Assembly: GCA_965277145.1 (NCBI GenBank)
Contig: OZ255717.1
Coordinates: 435,626 to 499,625, forward strand
DNA: 64,000 nucleotides
Source: Acidobacteriaceae bacterium
Lineage (GTDB): Bacteria; Acidobacteriota; Terriglobia; Terriglobales; Acidobacteriaceae
Reading direction: 5' to 3'
In this document: in pieces, positions 9,797 through 19,297 of the stretch
How positions within the stretch are numbered: position 1 is the stretch's first letter
How the letters are laid out: every line of letters starts with the position of its first letter
Notes under the pieces: generated by a model
The model's database searches: none
The model's input: the letters and a program-made list of their open reading frames with translations, nothing else
Told to the model about the DNA's origin: nothing
Made by a program: the position numbers and the translations under genes

Positions 9797-10993
9797 TTGG
9801 CCTCTGCCCAACGTCCGTTCCTCCCGCTCAACTTCAAGACCCGCCTCCCAGCGCTCGACGGCATCCGCGCCTTCGCCGTCTTGCTCATCTTCTTCCATCA
9901 CTTCGGCGGCGGTGCCCACGGCGGCCGCGTCCTCAACTTCCTCAACGAAGCCCGCATGCGAGGCTGGGTCGGCGTCGACATCTTCTTCGCCCTCTCCGGC
10001 TTCCTCATCACCGGCATCCTCTTCGACACCCGCACCGACTCGCACTTCTTCCTCCGCTTCTACGTCCGCCGCAGCCTGCGCATCTTCCCGGTCTTCTACC
10101 TCACCCTGCTCCTCCTGCTCTTGCTCACGCCGGTCTTTCACTACCGTTGGCGCTGGCCCCATCTCGCGTTTCCGCTCTATCTTGGAAATTTCTGGGGCAA
10201 CGCCGACCTCTCCCTCTATGACATCCCCAGCCCCAACCACCCTTCCGCAAAGCTCTTTCTCGGCCACTTCTGGTCGCTCTTCGTCGAGGAGCAGTTCTAT
10301 CTCCTCTGGCCGCTCGTCGTCTGGTTCGTGCGCGACCGCGTTCAGCTCTTGTGGACAGCCGCCGGCCTGTCGGTGCTCGCGCTCCTTCTCCGGTCCGTCG
10401 AGGTCGCCCTCTTTCCCCTGTCCGTCGCCGAGACCTGGGTCTTCCGCACGCTTCCGTTTCGCATGGACGCGCTCCTGATCGGCGCAATCCTGGCCCTGCT
10501 CCTGCGCGGTCCAAAAGCCGACCTCTGGCAGCGCCGATCCGGTCCCATCGCCTTGGCCGCCGGCCTCCTCGCCCTCCTCATCTTTGTCCTCTCACCCAGC
10601 TACGACTCGCCGTGGCTCCTCACCCTCGGCCTCAGCCTCACCCCACTCGCCGGCGCCGGCCTCATCGGCATGACGCTCCCCGCCGGAGAAGCCTTCGAAC
10701 GCTTCTTTCACCTCCGACCCATGCGCACACTCGGCCGCTACAGCTACGGCTTCTACCTCTTTCACACCATCTTCGGCTGGGCCTGGATTCAGCTGCTCGT
10801 CACCCTCAACCACCGGCTCCACTCCATCACCCTCGCCGGCATCCTCGCGCTCGCGGCGAACTTCTTCGTCACCTTCGTCATCTCCAAGCTGAGCTACGAC
10901 CTCTTCGAGCGCCGCTTCCTCGTCCTCAAACGAGGCTTCGAGTACGACTCCGAAATCACAACCCATACGCATGCATTCTCAACCGCGCCCTAG
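9797..10993 (+). CDS. Acyltransferase-3 (OafA/YrhL-type) membrane O-acyltransferase
   Basis: LDGIRAFAV, GVDIFFALSGFLIT, RRSLRIFP, HFWSLFVEEQFY, YSYGFYL. Confidence 0.93.
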   Translation: MASAQRPFLPLNFKTRLPALDGIRAFAVLLIFFHHFGGGAHGGRVLNFLNEARMRGWVGVDIFFALSGFLITGILFDTRTDSHFFLRFYVRRSLRIFPVFYLTLLLLLLLTPVFHYRWRWPHLAFPLYLGNFWGNADLSLYDIPSPNHPSAKLFLGHFWSLFVEEQFYLLWPLVVWFVRDRVQLLWTAAGLSVLALLLRSVEVALFPLSVAETWVFRTLPFRMDALLIGAILALLLRGPKADLWQRRSGPIALAAGLLALLIFVLSPSYDSPWLLTLGLSLTPLAGAGLIGMTLPAGEAFERFFHLRPMRTLGRYSYGFYLFHTIFGWAWIQLLVTLNHRLHSITLAGILALAANFFVTFVISKLSYDLFERRFLVLKRGFEYDSEITTHTHAFSTAP

Positions 10994-12362
10994 CCTCCCC
11001 AGCACACACACGGTCTCGCCCGCGCCGGCTCCAACCCCGCGCCCAAACCTCGCGCTCGCTCTCCTCCTTCTCCTCCCCGTTCTGCTCTCGATCTCGGCGG
11101 CCGTGCTGTTTGCGCAGCACGCCGGCATGGCCCGCCTATCGCTCTTCAGTCTCGCCAACCTCGTCGGACCCACCGCCCAAAGCCTCCTCGCCGGCCGCGG
11201 TCTCACCACCTGCACCGAAGCCATGGGCACCGTCGGCAACCCCATCTGCTTCCACGCCGCGCGCATGCCGGTCGCGTCCGCCGTCGTCGCCCTCGGCATT
11301 CGGATCTTCGGCGACCTCTACCTCCCCGTCGACCTCTTCAAGACCCTCCTCTTCCTGCTCCCGATCGAAGCCTCCATCGCGCTTGCCGTCCTTGCCCTCC
11401 GCCGCGCGTCACCTCCGCCCTCCGCCCCGCTCCGCCTCCTCCTCTATCTGCTCCTCCTCCTCCCGTTCGCGATCACCGCCTTTCTCGCCGACGTCGTCAA
11501 CCTCCAGGTCGAAGAAGGCTACACCTACAGCCTCCTCGCGCTCCTGTTCGCAATCCTTCTGTTCGGCCGTGTCCGCGAGCAGCGCGGCTTCGGCCAGCCT
11601 GTCCTCTTCGCCCTCCTCGCCGGCACACTCTACCTCGCAAAAAGCGCCATGCTCCCGGCCGCCGCCGTCCTGGCCGTCGCGTACCTGTGGCGTCTCCGCA
11701 CCCCCAAACCTCGCCTCCTCGCGCTCACCCTGATGCTCCTTGCACCGCTCGGTTGGGCGGCCTGGCAGCACCACACCAGCGGCCGCTACACCCTCGGCAC
11801 CAGCCTCGACGGCATCAACTTCCACAAAGGCAACAACCCCGAGTTTCTCGGGCGCTACCCGCCCCCCGCCGGTCAATCGCTCGACCAGTACGATCCTGAA
11901 CTCAATCAGGGCCACAGCTTCCGCGACGAGTGGAGCTTCAACGACTTTCACCAGCACGCAGCCGTCGCCTTTCTGCTCGTCCACCCCGGCACGACGGCCA
12001 GCGCCGACCTTCGCAAGCTCGACGTCATCTTCTTCTCAGTCCACAAGCTCGGTTCAAACGAAAGCGCGGGCAGCCTCCAGACCATCGAAACCCTCGGCAT
12101 CCTCCTCTTCCGTCTCCTGCTCTTCGCCGCTCTTCTGCTGTCCGGATACGTCCTCATCGGCCGTAACCTCCGTCCTCCCGCCGCCATCCCTCCCACCCGA
12201 GCGCGCCCGTCGAGAGCCGATCGCCGAGAAGCCGCGTGGACCTTTCTCGCCCTCGTCGCCGCCTGCTCCCTGCCGTACCTCGCCGGCTTCGCCTACACGC
12301 GCCACATCAGCATCCTCATCTATCCCTCCGCTCTCCTCTGTGCCCGTCTCGTGCTGGACTAG
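10971..12362 (+). CDS. Polytopic membrane protein, possibly GT-C-fold glycosyltransferase
   Basis: About 10-12 TM segments with a periplasmic loop (SLDGINFHKGNN); overlaps the acyltransferase stop. Function is inference. Confidence 0.55.
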   Translation: MHSQPRPSLPSTHTVSPAPAPTPRPNLALALLLLLPVLLSISAAVLFAQHAGMARLSLFSLANLVGPTAQSLLAGRGLTTCTEAMGTVGNPICFHAARMPVASAVVALGIRIFGDLYLPVDLFKTLLFLLPIEASIALAVLALRRASPPPSAPLRLLLYLLLLLPFAITAFLADVVNLQVEEGYTYSLLALLFAILLFGRVREQRGFGQPVLFALLAGTLYLAKSAMLPAAAVLAVAYLWRLRTPKPRLLALTLMLLAPLGWAAWQHHTSGRYTLGTSLDGINFHKGNNPEFLGRYPPPAGQSLDQYDPELNQGHSFRDEWSFNDFHQHAAVAFLLVHPGTTASADLRKLDVIFFSVHKLGSNESAGSLQTIETLGILLFRLLLFAALLLSGYVLIGRNLRPPAAIPPTRARPSRADRREAAWTFLALVAACSLPYLAGFAYTRHISILIYPSALLCARLVLD

Positions 12363-12598
12363 GCCGTCGACATCCAGCCGCTCACGCCACTCAGTCCATT
12401 CCATCAACGTCTGGCTTGCTTCGCGGGTCGTCCGGGTTTGCTTCGGGAGTCCAGCAAAGCCCTCAGAAACTGCCCTATCCTTGATGCACCCCCGTCCCTC
12501 AAGGCGTTACACTCACCCTATCTCGCTTCGTATAGGACAACTCGAAAACCCTCATGTCCAGCAACTCGTTCCAAACGCGTTACTCCCGCATCCACAAC

Positions 12599-13618
12599 AT
12601 GCGGTCCTTGTTTAGCCTGTTTTCTTCGGATCTCGCCATCGATCTCGGCACCGCCAACACCCTCGTCTTCGCCCACAACAAGGGCATCATCGTCAACGAG
12701 CCCTCTATCATCGCCGTCAACAAACTCACCAACGAAGTCGAGGCCGTCGGCAAGGAAGCCAAAGAGATGCTGGGCCGCACGCCCGGCAATATCGTCGCCA
12801 TCAAGCCCATGAAAGACGGTGTGATCGCGGACTTCCGACACACCGAAAAAATGCTCAACTACTTCATCCACAAGGCCCACAACCGCAAAATGATGGTGCA
12901 CCCGCGCATCGTCATCGGCGTCCCGTCCGAGATCACCCAGGTCGAAAAACGCGCCGTCATGGACTCCGCCTACCGCGCCAAAGCCTCCGAGGTCCACCTC
13001 GTCGAACAGGCCATGGTCGCCGCCATCGGCGCGGGCCTCCCCATCACCGAGCCCGGCGGCAACATGGTCGTCGACATCGGCGGCGGAACCACCGACATTG
13101 CCGTCATCTCCCTCGCCGGCATCGTCTACTCGCGCTCCGTGCGCATGGCCGGCAACCAGATGGACGAGGCCGTCTCCACCTACCTCAAACGCAAGTACAA
13201 CCTCCTCATCGGCGAACGCACCGCCGAGCAGATCAAAATCGAACTCGGCTCCGCCTACCCCCTCGACAAACAACTCACCATGGAGGTCAAAGGCCGCAAC
13301 CTCATCGAGGGCGTCCCCAAAACCATCACCATCGAAGACTCCGAGATCCGCGAAGCCCTCGGCGAATCCATCGCCACCATCATCAACGCCATCCGCGTCG
13401 CGCTCGAACGCACACCGCCCGAACTCTCCGCCGACATCTCCGACCGCGGCATCGTACTCACCGGCGGCGGCGCCCTCATCAAAAATCTCGATAAACGCAT
13501 CCGCGAAGAAACCGGCCTGCCCGTCTCCATCGCCGACGATCCCCTCGCCAGCGTCGTCCTCGGAACCGGCAAAATGCTCTCCGACTTCAAACTCCTGAGA
13601 AAAATCTCAATCGACTAA
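12599..13618 (+). CDS. mreB: Rod shape-determining protein MreB
   Basis: DLAIDLGTANT, MKDGVIADF, VDIGGGTTD, LTGGGAL. Alternative start at 12554. Confidence 0.98.
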   Translation: MRSLFSLFSSDLAIDLGTANTLVFAHNKGIIVNEPSIIAVNKLTNEVEAVGKEAKEMLGRTPGNIVAIKPMKDGVIADFRHTEKMLNYFIHKAHNRKMMVHPRIVIGVPSEITQVEKRAVMDSAYRAKASEVHLVEQAMVAAIGAGLPITEPGGNMVVDIGGGTTDIAVISLAGIVYSRSVRMAGNQMDEAVSTYLKRKYNLLIGERTAEQIKIELGSAYPLDKQLTMEVKGRNLIEGVPKTITIEDSEIREALGESIATIINAIRVALERTPPELSADISDRGIVLTGGGALIKNLDKRIREETGLPVSIADDPLASVVLGTGKMLSDFKLLRKISID

Positions 13619-13699
13619 AGCAATGGAGGTATTGGCATAGAGGGCATTGCCCTTCTAGTTGTCATTCCCGAAGGGAATCTGCTTCTGCCGTTCCTCTAG
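13616..13699 (+). repeat. REP-like cassette: type-I cap plus one GTCATTCCC-N-GGGAATCTGC hairpin
   Basis: TAAAGCAATGGAGGTATTGGCATAGAGGGC cap aligns with 35161 and 50152; hairpin GTCATTCCCGAAGGGAATCTGCTTCT at 13661. Confidence 0.8.
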
Positions 13700-13719
13700 A
13701 GCAAGCGCGCGCTATCGTC

Positions 13720-14241
13720 CTACCCCCGCAACTTCGTCATATGCTCAAAGATCCCATGGAGGTCGACATGGATCGGCGTTCCCGGAACCAGCAGGGTGCG
13801 TGCTTCCTTCCAGATGTCACCCTTGCACATGCGCCCGGTCCGGCTCTGTGGGTCGATCACCCACACCATCTCAACGCCCATATCGAGGTAGTCCCGCGCC
13901 CGTTCCTGCGTGTCCGAGTAGGTGTCCCGGGGAGACAACACCTCGACCACAAGAATCGGAGGGCTGGTGAGGGTCTCGGTCTGGGGATCTGTCGAAGTAA
14001 GGCATACGTCCGGGATGCGGACACGCGTAGGGGACACCCGCACGCGCTGCTCCGTCAAACCGAAGACCGACCACTCCACCTCATGTTCCAAAAACCAGGC
14101 CGTCAGCAAGGCTTGCAGACGTGCATGTTCCCGTGTCCCCACGTTTCGCTCCCAGAGCTCGCCGTCGATGTACTCGCGATCCGGCCGGTAGCTGGTCATC
14201 TCGTACACCGCGATAGGGAGAGACGTTGCGCTCGCTGCCAT
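13720..14241 (-). CDS. Uma2 family (DUF820) PD-(D/E)xK-like putative endonuclease
   Basis: EYIDGEL, H..LQ, EQRVRV, RIPDV, PILVVEVLSP, YLDMGV..VWVIDP. Confidence 0.92.
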   Translation of the reverse strand: MAASATSLPIAVYEMTSYRPDREYIDGELWERNVGTREHARLQALLTAWFLEHEVEWSVFGLTEQRVRVSPTRVRIPDVCLTSTDPQTETLTSPPILVVEVLSPRDTYSDTQERARDYLDMGVEMVWVIDPQSRTGRMCKGDIWKEARTLLVPGTPIHVDLHGIFEHMTKLRG

Positions 14242-14320
14242 GGCGCGATTCTACCGCACCATCCGTCTGAGACCTCTGAGCGCGCAAACGTGCTCTAACC
14301 GCCAAGCCCCCCCCCCCCGA

Positions 14321-15859
14321 TCAAGGCTCCAAACGCGCCGGCACGGCCGCCGGAGGTACATTCAGGCTCACCCGCAGCCGGTCCACACGCCGGTCCGTCG
14401 AAGCCAACACCTCCATGCGAAGATCCTCCTCCTCCACCACCTCGCCCGGCAAAGGGATGTGTCCGGCGATCTCCGACACCAAACCGCCCAGCGTCGTCGC
14501 CTCATACATGTGGTGCGCGGGAATCGTCGGCTCCTCGCGATCGCTGGGAAACTCATACTCACCACCGTCCGCGGGGCCGGCTGAGATCTCGACCGGCACC
14601 AGCTCTAGGTTGACGACCGGCCCCGGAAGCTCCCGCAGAGCCTCACGTCTGGCCGCCCGGCTTCTAGCCTGCACCTCACGCTGCGGATCTTCCGTGCCCC
14701 GGTTCGCACCCGCACCCGCACCGTCTCGCCCGCCCGCCGCCGTCAACTCGCGAAACAGCTCGCGCAAACGCGAAATCTCAAACGTGCCCGGAACAATATA
14801 CGATCCGTCCGCCTCCGCCACCGGCGCCACTTCGTCCTCGGGCCTGTCGTGCTCGTCCACAATCTCCCCGACGATCGCCTCCAACAAATCCTCGATGGTC
14901 ACCAGACCGGCCACCGAACCGTACTCATCGATCACCAGCCGCATGTGCTGCTTCTCGCGCTGCATCTCGCGCAAAAGTTCGGCGACGTTCTTCGTCTCCG
15001 GCACAAACGCCGCCGGACGCTCGATCGCGGAGACGGTGCGCGCACCGGCTTCCGTGTCCGGCACCTGCAACAAATCGTGCGCAAACGCAATCCCCGAGAT
15101 CTCATCAAGCATCCCCGAGTACACCGGCACCCGCGAAAACGCGTGCTCCGCTATCGCCGCCGTAAACTGCTCCAGCGTCAGGGTGCCGGGCACCGCAAAG
15201 ATGTCCGGCCGCGGCGTCATCACCTCACGCACCACCTTGTCGCCGAACTCAACCACCGACCGCACCAGATCCCGGTCCGACTCCTCGAGTATGCCCTCCT
15301 CCTCGCCAGCTTCAAGCAACGCATCCATCGCCTCCGCCGCGTCTTCCGGCCGAGCTTCCGCCTCCTCCGGCTCAGCCAGAGCGGCAATCGAGAGAAGCAG
15401 CCCGAGCAAAAGTGTAATCGGCAGAATCAAGTAAAAGAGCGCCTGCAACAGATACCGGATGCGCCGCACCCAGATGCCCCGCGTGCGCGCAAACAGCACC
15501 TGCGGGATCAGCCGGTCGAAGATCAGAATCAGCAGAATCAGCTCAAAAGCCGTCTGCAAGATCGTAGCCGGCCTCGGCGCCACCGGCGCCCCAGTCACGC
15601 CCGCGTGCCCATACAGGTGCAGGCCGAACAGAAGTGCGATCGCCGCCAGGGTCAGCTGCCGAAGCACCGAAGCCGACAGCGCAATCGACTCCAGCCCAAG
15701 CCGCAGCTTCGGCTCCACCAGCTCCTCCCAAGAGTCGATGTTGTCCTGGTACTCGCGCGCCAAAAACTTGCCGCTTTCCGAATAAACCCGGTCCACGTAC
15801 GCGGCCATCGCCAGGATGCCCAAGAGCAGCGTCATCGAAACGAAGTAAAGCAGACTCAT
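14321..15859 (-). CDS. HlyC/CorC family CBS-domain transporter-associated protein (YbeX-like)
   Basis: N-terminal TM domain, VVREVMTPRPDI, FSRVPVY, IDEYGSVAGLVTIEDLLEAIVGEI, C-terminal TLGGLV...RVDRLRV. Confidence 0.9.
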   Translation of the reverse strand: MSLLYFVSMTLLLGILAMAAYVDRVYSESGKFLAREYQDNIDSWEELVEPKLRLGLESIALSASVLRQLTLAAIALLFGLHLYGHAGVTGAPVAPRPATILQTAFELILLILIFDRLIPQVLFARTRGIWVRRIRYLLQALFYLILPITLLLGLLLSIAALAEPEEAEARPEDAAEAMDALLEAGEEEGILEESDRDLVRSVVEFGDKVVREVMTPRPDIFAVPGTLTLEQFTAAIAEHAFSRVPVYSGMLDEISGIAFAHDLLQVPDTEAGARTVSAIERPAAFVPETKNVAELLREMQREKQHMRLVIDEYGSVAGLVTIEDLLEAIVGEIVDEHDRPEDEVAPVAEADGSYIVPGTFEISRLRELFRELTAAGGRDGAGAGANRGTEDPQREVQARSRAARREALRELPGPVVNLELVPVEISAGPADGGEYEFPSDREEPTIPAHHMYEATTLGGLVSEIAGHIPLPGEVVEEEDLRMEVLASTDRRVDRLRVSLNVPPAAVPARLEP

Positions 15860-16425
15860 CGGGAACTCCGCCGAACCCGCGACGTCTCAGCCCGCAGCGT
15901 CTCAGCCCGCAGCGTCTCAGCCCCCAACGGCTCACCGGCAGACGCGCGCTCAATCAGCGCACTCGGCAGACGAAACCGCCCGCGCAGCGCCCTCTCGCGA
16001 GCCGCCATCTCGCCTCCATCCGTCTCGTGGTCCAGCCCGTGGAGGTGCAACAGGCCATGCAGGAGCAGGATCCGCAGCTCGGTCGCAAGCGAGTGCCCAT
16101 GCTCCTCCGCCTGGCGTGCCGCCGTCTCCACCGACACCGCAAGGTCGCCCGCACGCTGGTGCTCCGGCGGCAGCCCAGGAATCGGCTCGGCCGGAAAACT
16201 AAGCACGTCCGTTGCCTTGTCTTTGCCGCGAAATCTCCGGTTCAGCCGCCGCAACTCCGCGTCCGTGCCAAGCCGCACATCCACGCTGCCCGCTAAACCT
16301 GCCGCCGCCTGCGCACGTCCGAGAAACCGCGTCAAAGCTCGAGTCAACGCCAAAGTGTCAGACACCGCCGCATCCTCGCCGAGAGCGTGCCCCGAGGGAA
16401 GATCTCTAAGTCCGACCGTGATCAT
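15856..16425 (-). CDS. ybeY: rRNA maturation endoribonuclease YbeY
   Basis: LNRRFRGKDKATDVLSFP, GDLAVS, HGLLHLHGLDH metal motif. Confidence 0.95.
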   Translation of the reverse strand: MITVGLRDLPSGHALGEDAAVSDTLALTRALTRFLGRAQAAAGLAGSVDVRLGTDAELRRLNRRFRGKDKATDVLSFPAEPIPGLPPEHQRAGDLAVSVETAARQAEEHGHSLATELRILLLHGLLHLHGLDHETDGGEMAARERALRGRFRLPSALIERASAGEPLGAETLRAETLRAETSRVRRSSR

Positions 16426-16426
16426 G

Positions 16427-17365
16427 CTAGTTGGATGAGGCCGGCCCGCCGGACGTTTTCAGCTCAGCGCCCCGACTGGCCGGTGCCCCCGTCGCGGCTC
16501 CATGCGAGCTCTGCCGGCTGTACACCCGAACGTAGTCGACCTCCATCTGCTGCGGAAACGTCGTCGTCGCGTCCGGGTACCCCGGCCAATCGCCGCCAAC
16601 CGCCAGGTTCAGCAGGATAAAAAACGGATGGTCGTACACCCACGTCGCGCCCGCGGGAAGATCGTCCGGTGTGCGCCGGGCAATCAGGTGATCGTCAAAG
16701 TAAAATTTGATCTCGTCGGGCGACCACTCGGCCGCGTAAACGTGAAATCCCGTCTCGATCCGATCTCCGGCAGGCAAGGGAAACTTCGCCGAAAGCGCGT
16801 GTCCGCCGCTGTACCCCGGCCCATGCAGCGTGCTGTAAATCGTCGATCCGTCCCCGATCGCTTCCACGATGTCGATCTCCCCGCACCTCGGCCAGCCGAC
16901 CTCGGCCACGTTCCCGCCCAGCATCCAGAACGCCGGCCAGATCCCCTTTCCGACCGGCAACCGCATCCGCGCCTCAAACCGGCCGTACGCCTGGCTAAAC
17001 CGGCCCGCCGTCCGAATGCGTCCCGAGCTATAGTCACGTGCGACGCCGTCCGCGCCGGTCAGGTCCTCCTTGCGCGCGGTAATCACAAGTCGGCCGTCCC
17101 TCTGCTCCACATTCGACGGCCTGTCAGTATAAGTTTCAAGCTCGTGGTTGCCGAACCCCTTGCCGCCCATCTCAAAGGTCCACTTGGCCGGGTCAGGACC
17201 GCTGCCGTTCGGCCCATTGAACTCATCCGACCAGACCATCTGCCACCCCGGAGAGACCGATCGCTGAGCCGGCTGCGCGGGAGCCTGCGCCAGACTCAAT
17301 TGCTGCCCGACGCCCGACAGCAGCAAGGCGGCGAGAACGCCCGGAACGAGAGACCAGGCCAGCAC
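16427..17365 (-). CDS. Secreted glycoside hydrolase family 16 (beta-glucanase/laminarinase-like)
   Basis: WSDEFNG, YGRFEARM, WPAFWMLG, GEIDIVE catalytic motif, PFFILLNLAVGG, VDYVRVY. GTG start at 17365 gives a signal peptide. Confidence 0.93.
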   Translation of the reverse strand: MLAWSLVPGVLAALLLSGVGQQLSLAQAPAQPAQRSVSPGWQMVWSDEFNGPNGSGPDPAKWTFEMGGKGFGNHELETYTDRPSNVEQRDGRLVITARKEDLTGADGVARDYSSGRIRTAGRFSQAYGRFEARMRLPVGKGIWPAFWMLGGNVAEVGWPRCGEIDIVEAIGDGSTIYSTLHGPGYSGGHALSAKFPLPAGDRIETGFHVYAAEWSPDEIKFYFDDHLIARRTPDDLPAGATWVYDHPFFILLNLAVGGDWPGYPDATTTFPQQMEVDYVRVYSRQSSHGAATGAPASRGAELKTSGGPASSN

Positions 17366-17366
17366 C

Positions 17367-18419
17367 TTACTGCGGCTTCGCGACAGGTTTGGCGGCAGGC
17401 TCGGGTGGCAGTGGCCCGGCGGCCAGGCCGGAGTCTCCAATCGCCAGCGGCATCTGCTGCTGAGCCCGGCCGTACGTGTCGTAGGCCCGCACAATCCGCT
17501 GCACCAGCTGGTGCCGCACAACGTCCACATCGTCAAAGTGGCAGAAGCGAATCCCCTCCACACCGTTCAGCACATGCAGGGCCTCGAGCAGGCCAGACTT
17601 CTTCGGGTTCGGCAGATCGATCTGCGTCAGGTCGCCCGTAATCACGGCCTTGGAGTTGTTGCCCAGCCGCGTCACAAACATCTTCATCTGCTCGTTGGTC
17701 GTGTTTTGCGCCTCGTCCATAATGATGAAAGCGTCCGACAGCGTCCGTCCCCGCATAAACGCGAGCGGCGCCACCTCAATCACGTTGCGCTCCAGCAGCT
17801 TGTCCACCTTGTCCTGATCCAGCAGGTCATACAACGCGTCGTAAAGCGGACGAAGATACGGATCGACCTTCTCCTGCAAGGACCCCGGAAGAAATCCAAG
17901 ACGCTCGCCCGCCTCCACCGCCGGCCGAACCAGGATGATGCGCGAGACCTTCTTCGACATCAACGCCGACACCGCCATCGCCACCGCAAGATACGTCTTT
18001 CCCGTGCCCGCCGGCCCCAGGCCAAACGTCATGTCGCAACACTCAATCGCCTCGACATACTTGCGCTGGTTCGGGCTGCGCGGCTGCACCGTCCGCTTCA
18101 CCCCAGCCGACCTCTGCCGGCCAGAGTCGACCAGCGACCGCAAAGTCGAGATCTCGTCCGCCACCAGGAGCTTCAACAAACCGTGCAACTCGCCGTTGTG
18201 AAGCGCATGACCCGCCTTCCGCAACGCGTCAAAGTCCGAGAAAATGCCCTGCACACGCCCAACACCCGTCGGCTCGCCCGATACCTGAATGCCGTCCGAC
18301 CGAAGATCGATAGTGACGCCGAGACCGTCTTCCATCAGCCGAAGATTCTCGTCGCGGGTGCCGTACAAAGGTTCAATACCGTGCGTGATAGCGATCGTTC
18401 GCGTCGTCTTAGTCGTCAA
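17367..18419 (-). CDS. phoH: PhoH-like ATPase (YbeZ)
   Basis: GPAGTGKTYLA, RPAVEAGERLGFLPG, PLAFMRGRTL, DEAQNTT, GDLTQIDL. Confidence 0.96.
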   Translation of the reverse strand: MTTKTTRTIAITHGIEPLYGTRDENLRLMEDGLGVTIDLRSDGIQVSGEPTGVGRVQGIFSDFDALRKAGHALHNGELHGLLKLLVADEISTLRSLVDSGRQRSAGVKRTVQPRSPNQRKYVEAIECCDMTFGLGPAGTGKTYLAVAMAVSALMSKKVSRIILVRPAVEAGERLGFLPGSLQEKVDPYLRPLYDALYDLLDQDKVDKLLERNVIEVAPLAFMRGRTLSDAFIIMDEAQNTTNEQMKMFVTRLGNNSKAVITGDLTQIDLPNPKKSGLLEALHVLNGVEGIRFCHFDDVDVVRHQLVQRIVRAYDTYGRAQQQMPLAIGDSGLAAGPLPPEPAAKPVAKPQ

Positions 18420-18781
18420 TTCGGGATCTGACCTCCGTCAGGCATGGCAAGTTGTGCCCGCACCCATTTGGATGAGGGCAGAGCAGCTTTGGACACAGAA
18501 AACGGTCGATTGTGAGCAGAAGGGGAGGTGCGTACGCGGCAGCGCAAAACCTGCCTGCGGAGCGGATCGGGATGGCGTTCAATGCCAACGATGGCTGAAG
18601 AGTAAAACGATGAAGCGTCATCGTCAAGAGGCTTTCAGTAAATCTTTGCACCTTGGTTCAAGACACGCAGAGCTTTGATCCAACGTTCAGCCAGAAAGAG
18701 CCAAAAGAGGCCAGCCGCGGTGGAATCCGGCCTGAATCCCAAAGCCGCCGCCTTGACCCAGACGCCAAAACTCCGTACCCT

Positions 18782-18859
18782 TAGAGCAGGTCCGATCAGT
18801 CAGCAGCGTGATAGTTCCTGGCTTTTCTGGCTGTCATCCCCGAAGGGGAGTCTGCTGTT
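18782..18859 (+). repeat. REP-like hairpin with cap-like leader
   Basis: GTCATCCCCGAAGGGGAGTCTGCTGTT at 18833, preceded by TAGAGCAGGTCCGATCAGTC. Confidence 0.7.
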
Positions 18860-19009
18860 CGAGTCGAATCACGGGGCAGAAGAGCCGCCAGTCTGCGCTG
18901 GCATCAGACGTGTTCGACCGCTTACACCAGACAAGCCAAAGCGCGCCCAGACATCCCTCGCCCCGCCGATTCACCACGCAATAGTCTCTATAAGAAAGAG
19001 TTCAAAAGA

Positions 19010-19285
19010 ATGGCAAATCACGTTTCGTCCCTCAAGCGCGCCCGTCAGACCGACACCAAAACCGCCATCAACCGGTCCAACCGCAGCAAACTGCGCGGCA
19101 CCCTCCGATCCCTTCGCGAAGCCATCCTCAAAGGCGACACGACAGCCGTCACCGAGCAGTTCCGCGCCACCGTCTCCGTGCTCGATAAAAGCGTGCAAAA
19201 GGGTGTCATCCACAAAAACACCGCCAGCCGCTACAAAAGCCGCCTGAACGCCCGAGTCAAGGCCCTCACCGTCAAAGCCGCCTAA
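19010..19285 (+). CDS. rpsT: 30S ribosomal protein S20
   Basis: [13 protein letters not shown]...[22 protein letters not shown]. Confidence 0.98.
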   Translation: MANHVSSLKRARQTDTKTAINRSNRSKLRGTLRSLREAILKGDTTAVTEQFRATVSVLDKSVQKGVIHKNTASRYKSRLNARVKALTVKAA

Positions 19286-19297
19286 GCTCAGCCCTCG

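Noticed and set aside
13720-14241. Uma2 gene as a restriction-modification system
   Set aside because: No methyltransferase nearby; Uma2 genes are common solitary paralogs.
14307-14318. Poly-C tract as a phase-variation site
   Set aside because: Intergenic, 3-prime of corC and about 65 bp upstream of the Uma2 start; no evidence of function in a C-skewed strand.
18409-18651. 80-aa ORF upstream of phoH as a leader peptide
   Set aside because: No RBS, atypical composition and no attenuator features; cannot be supported.
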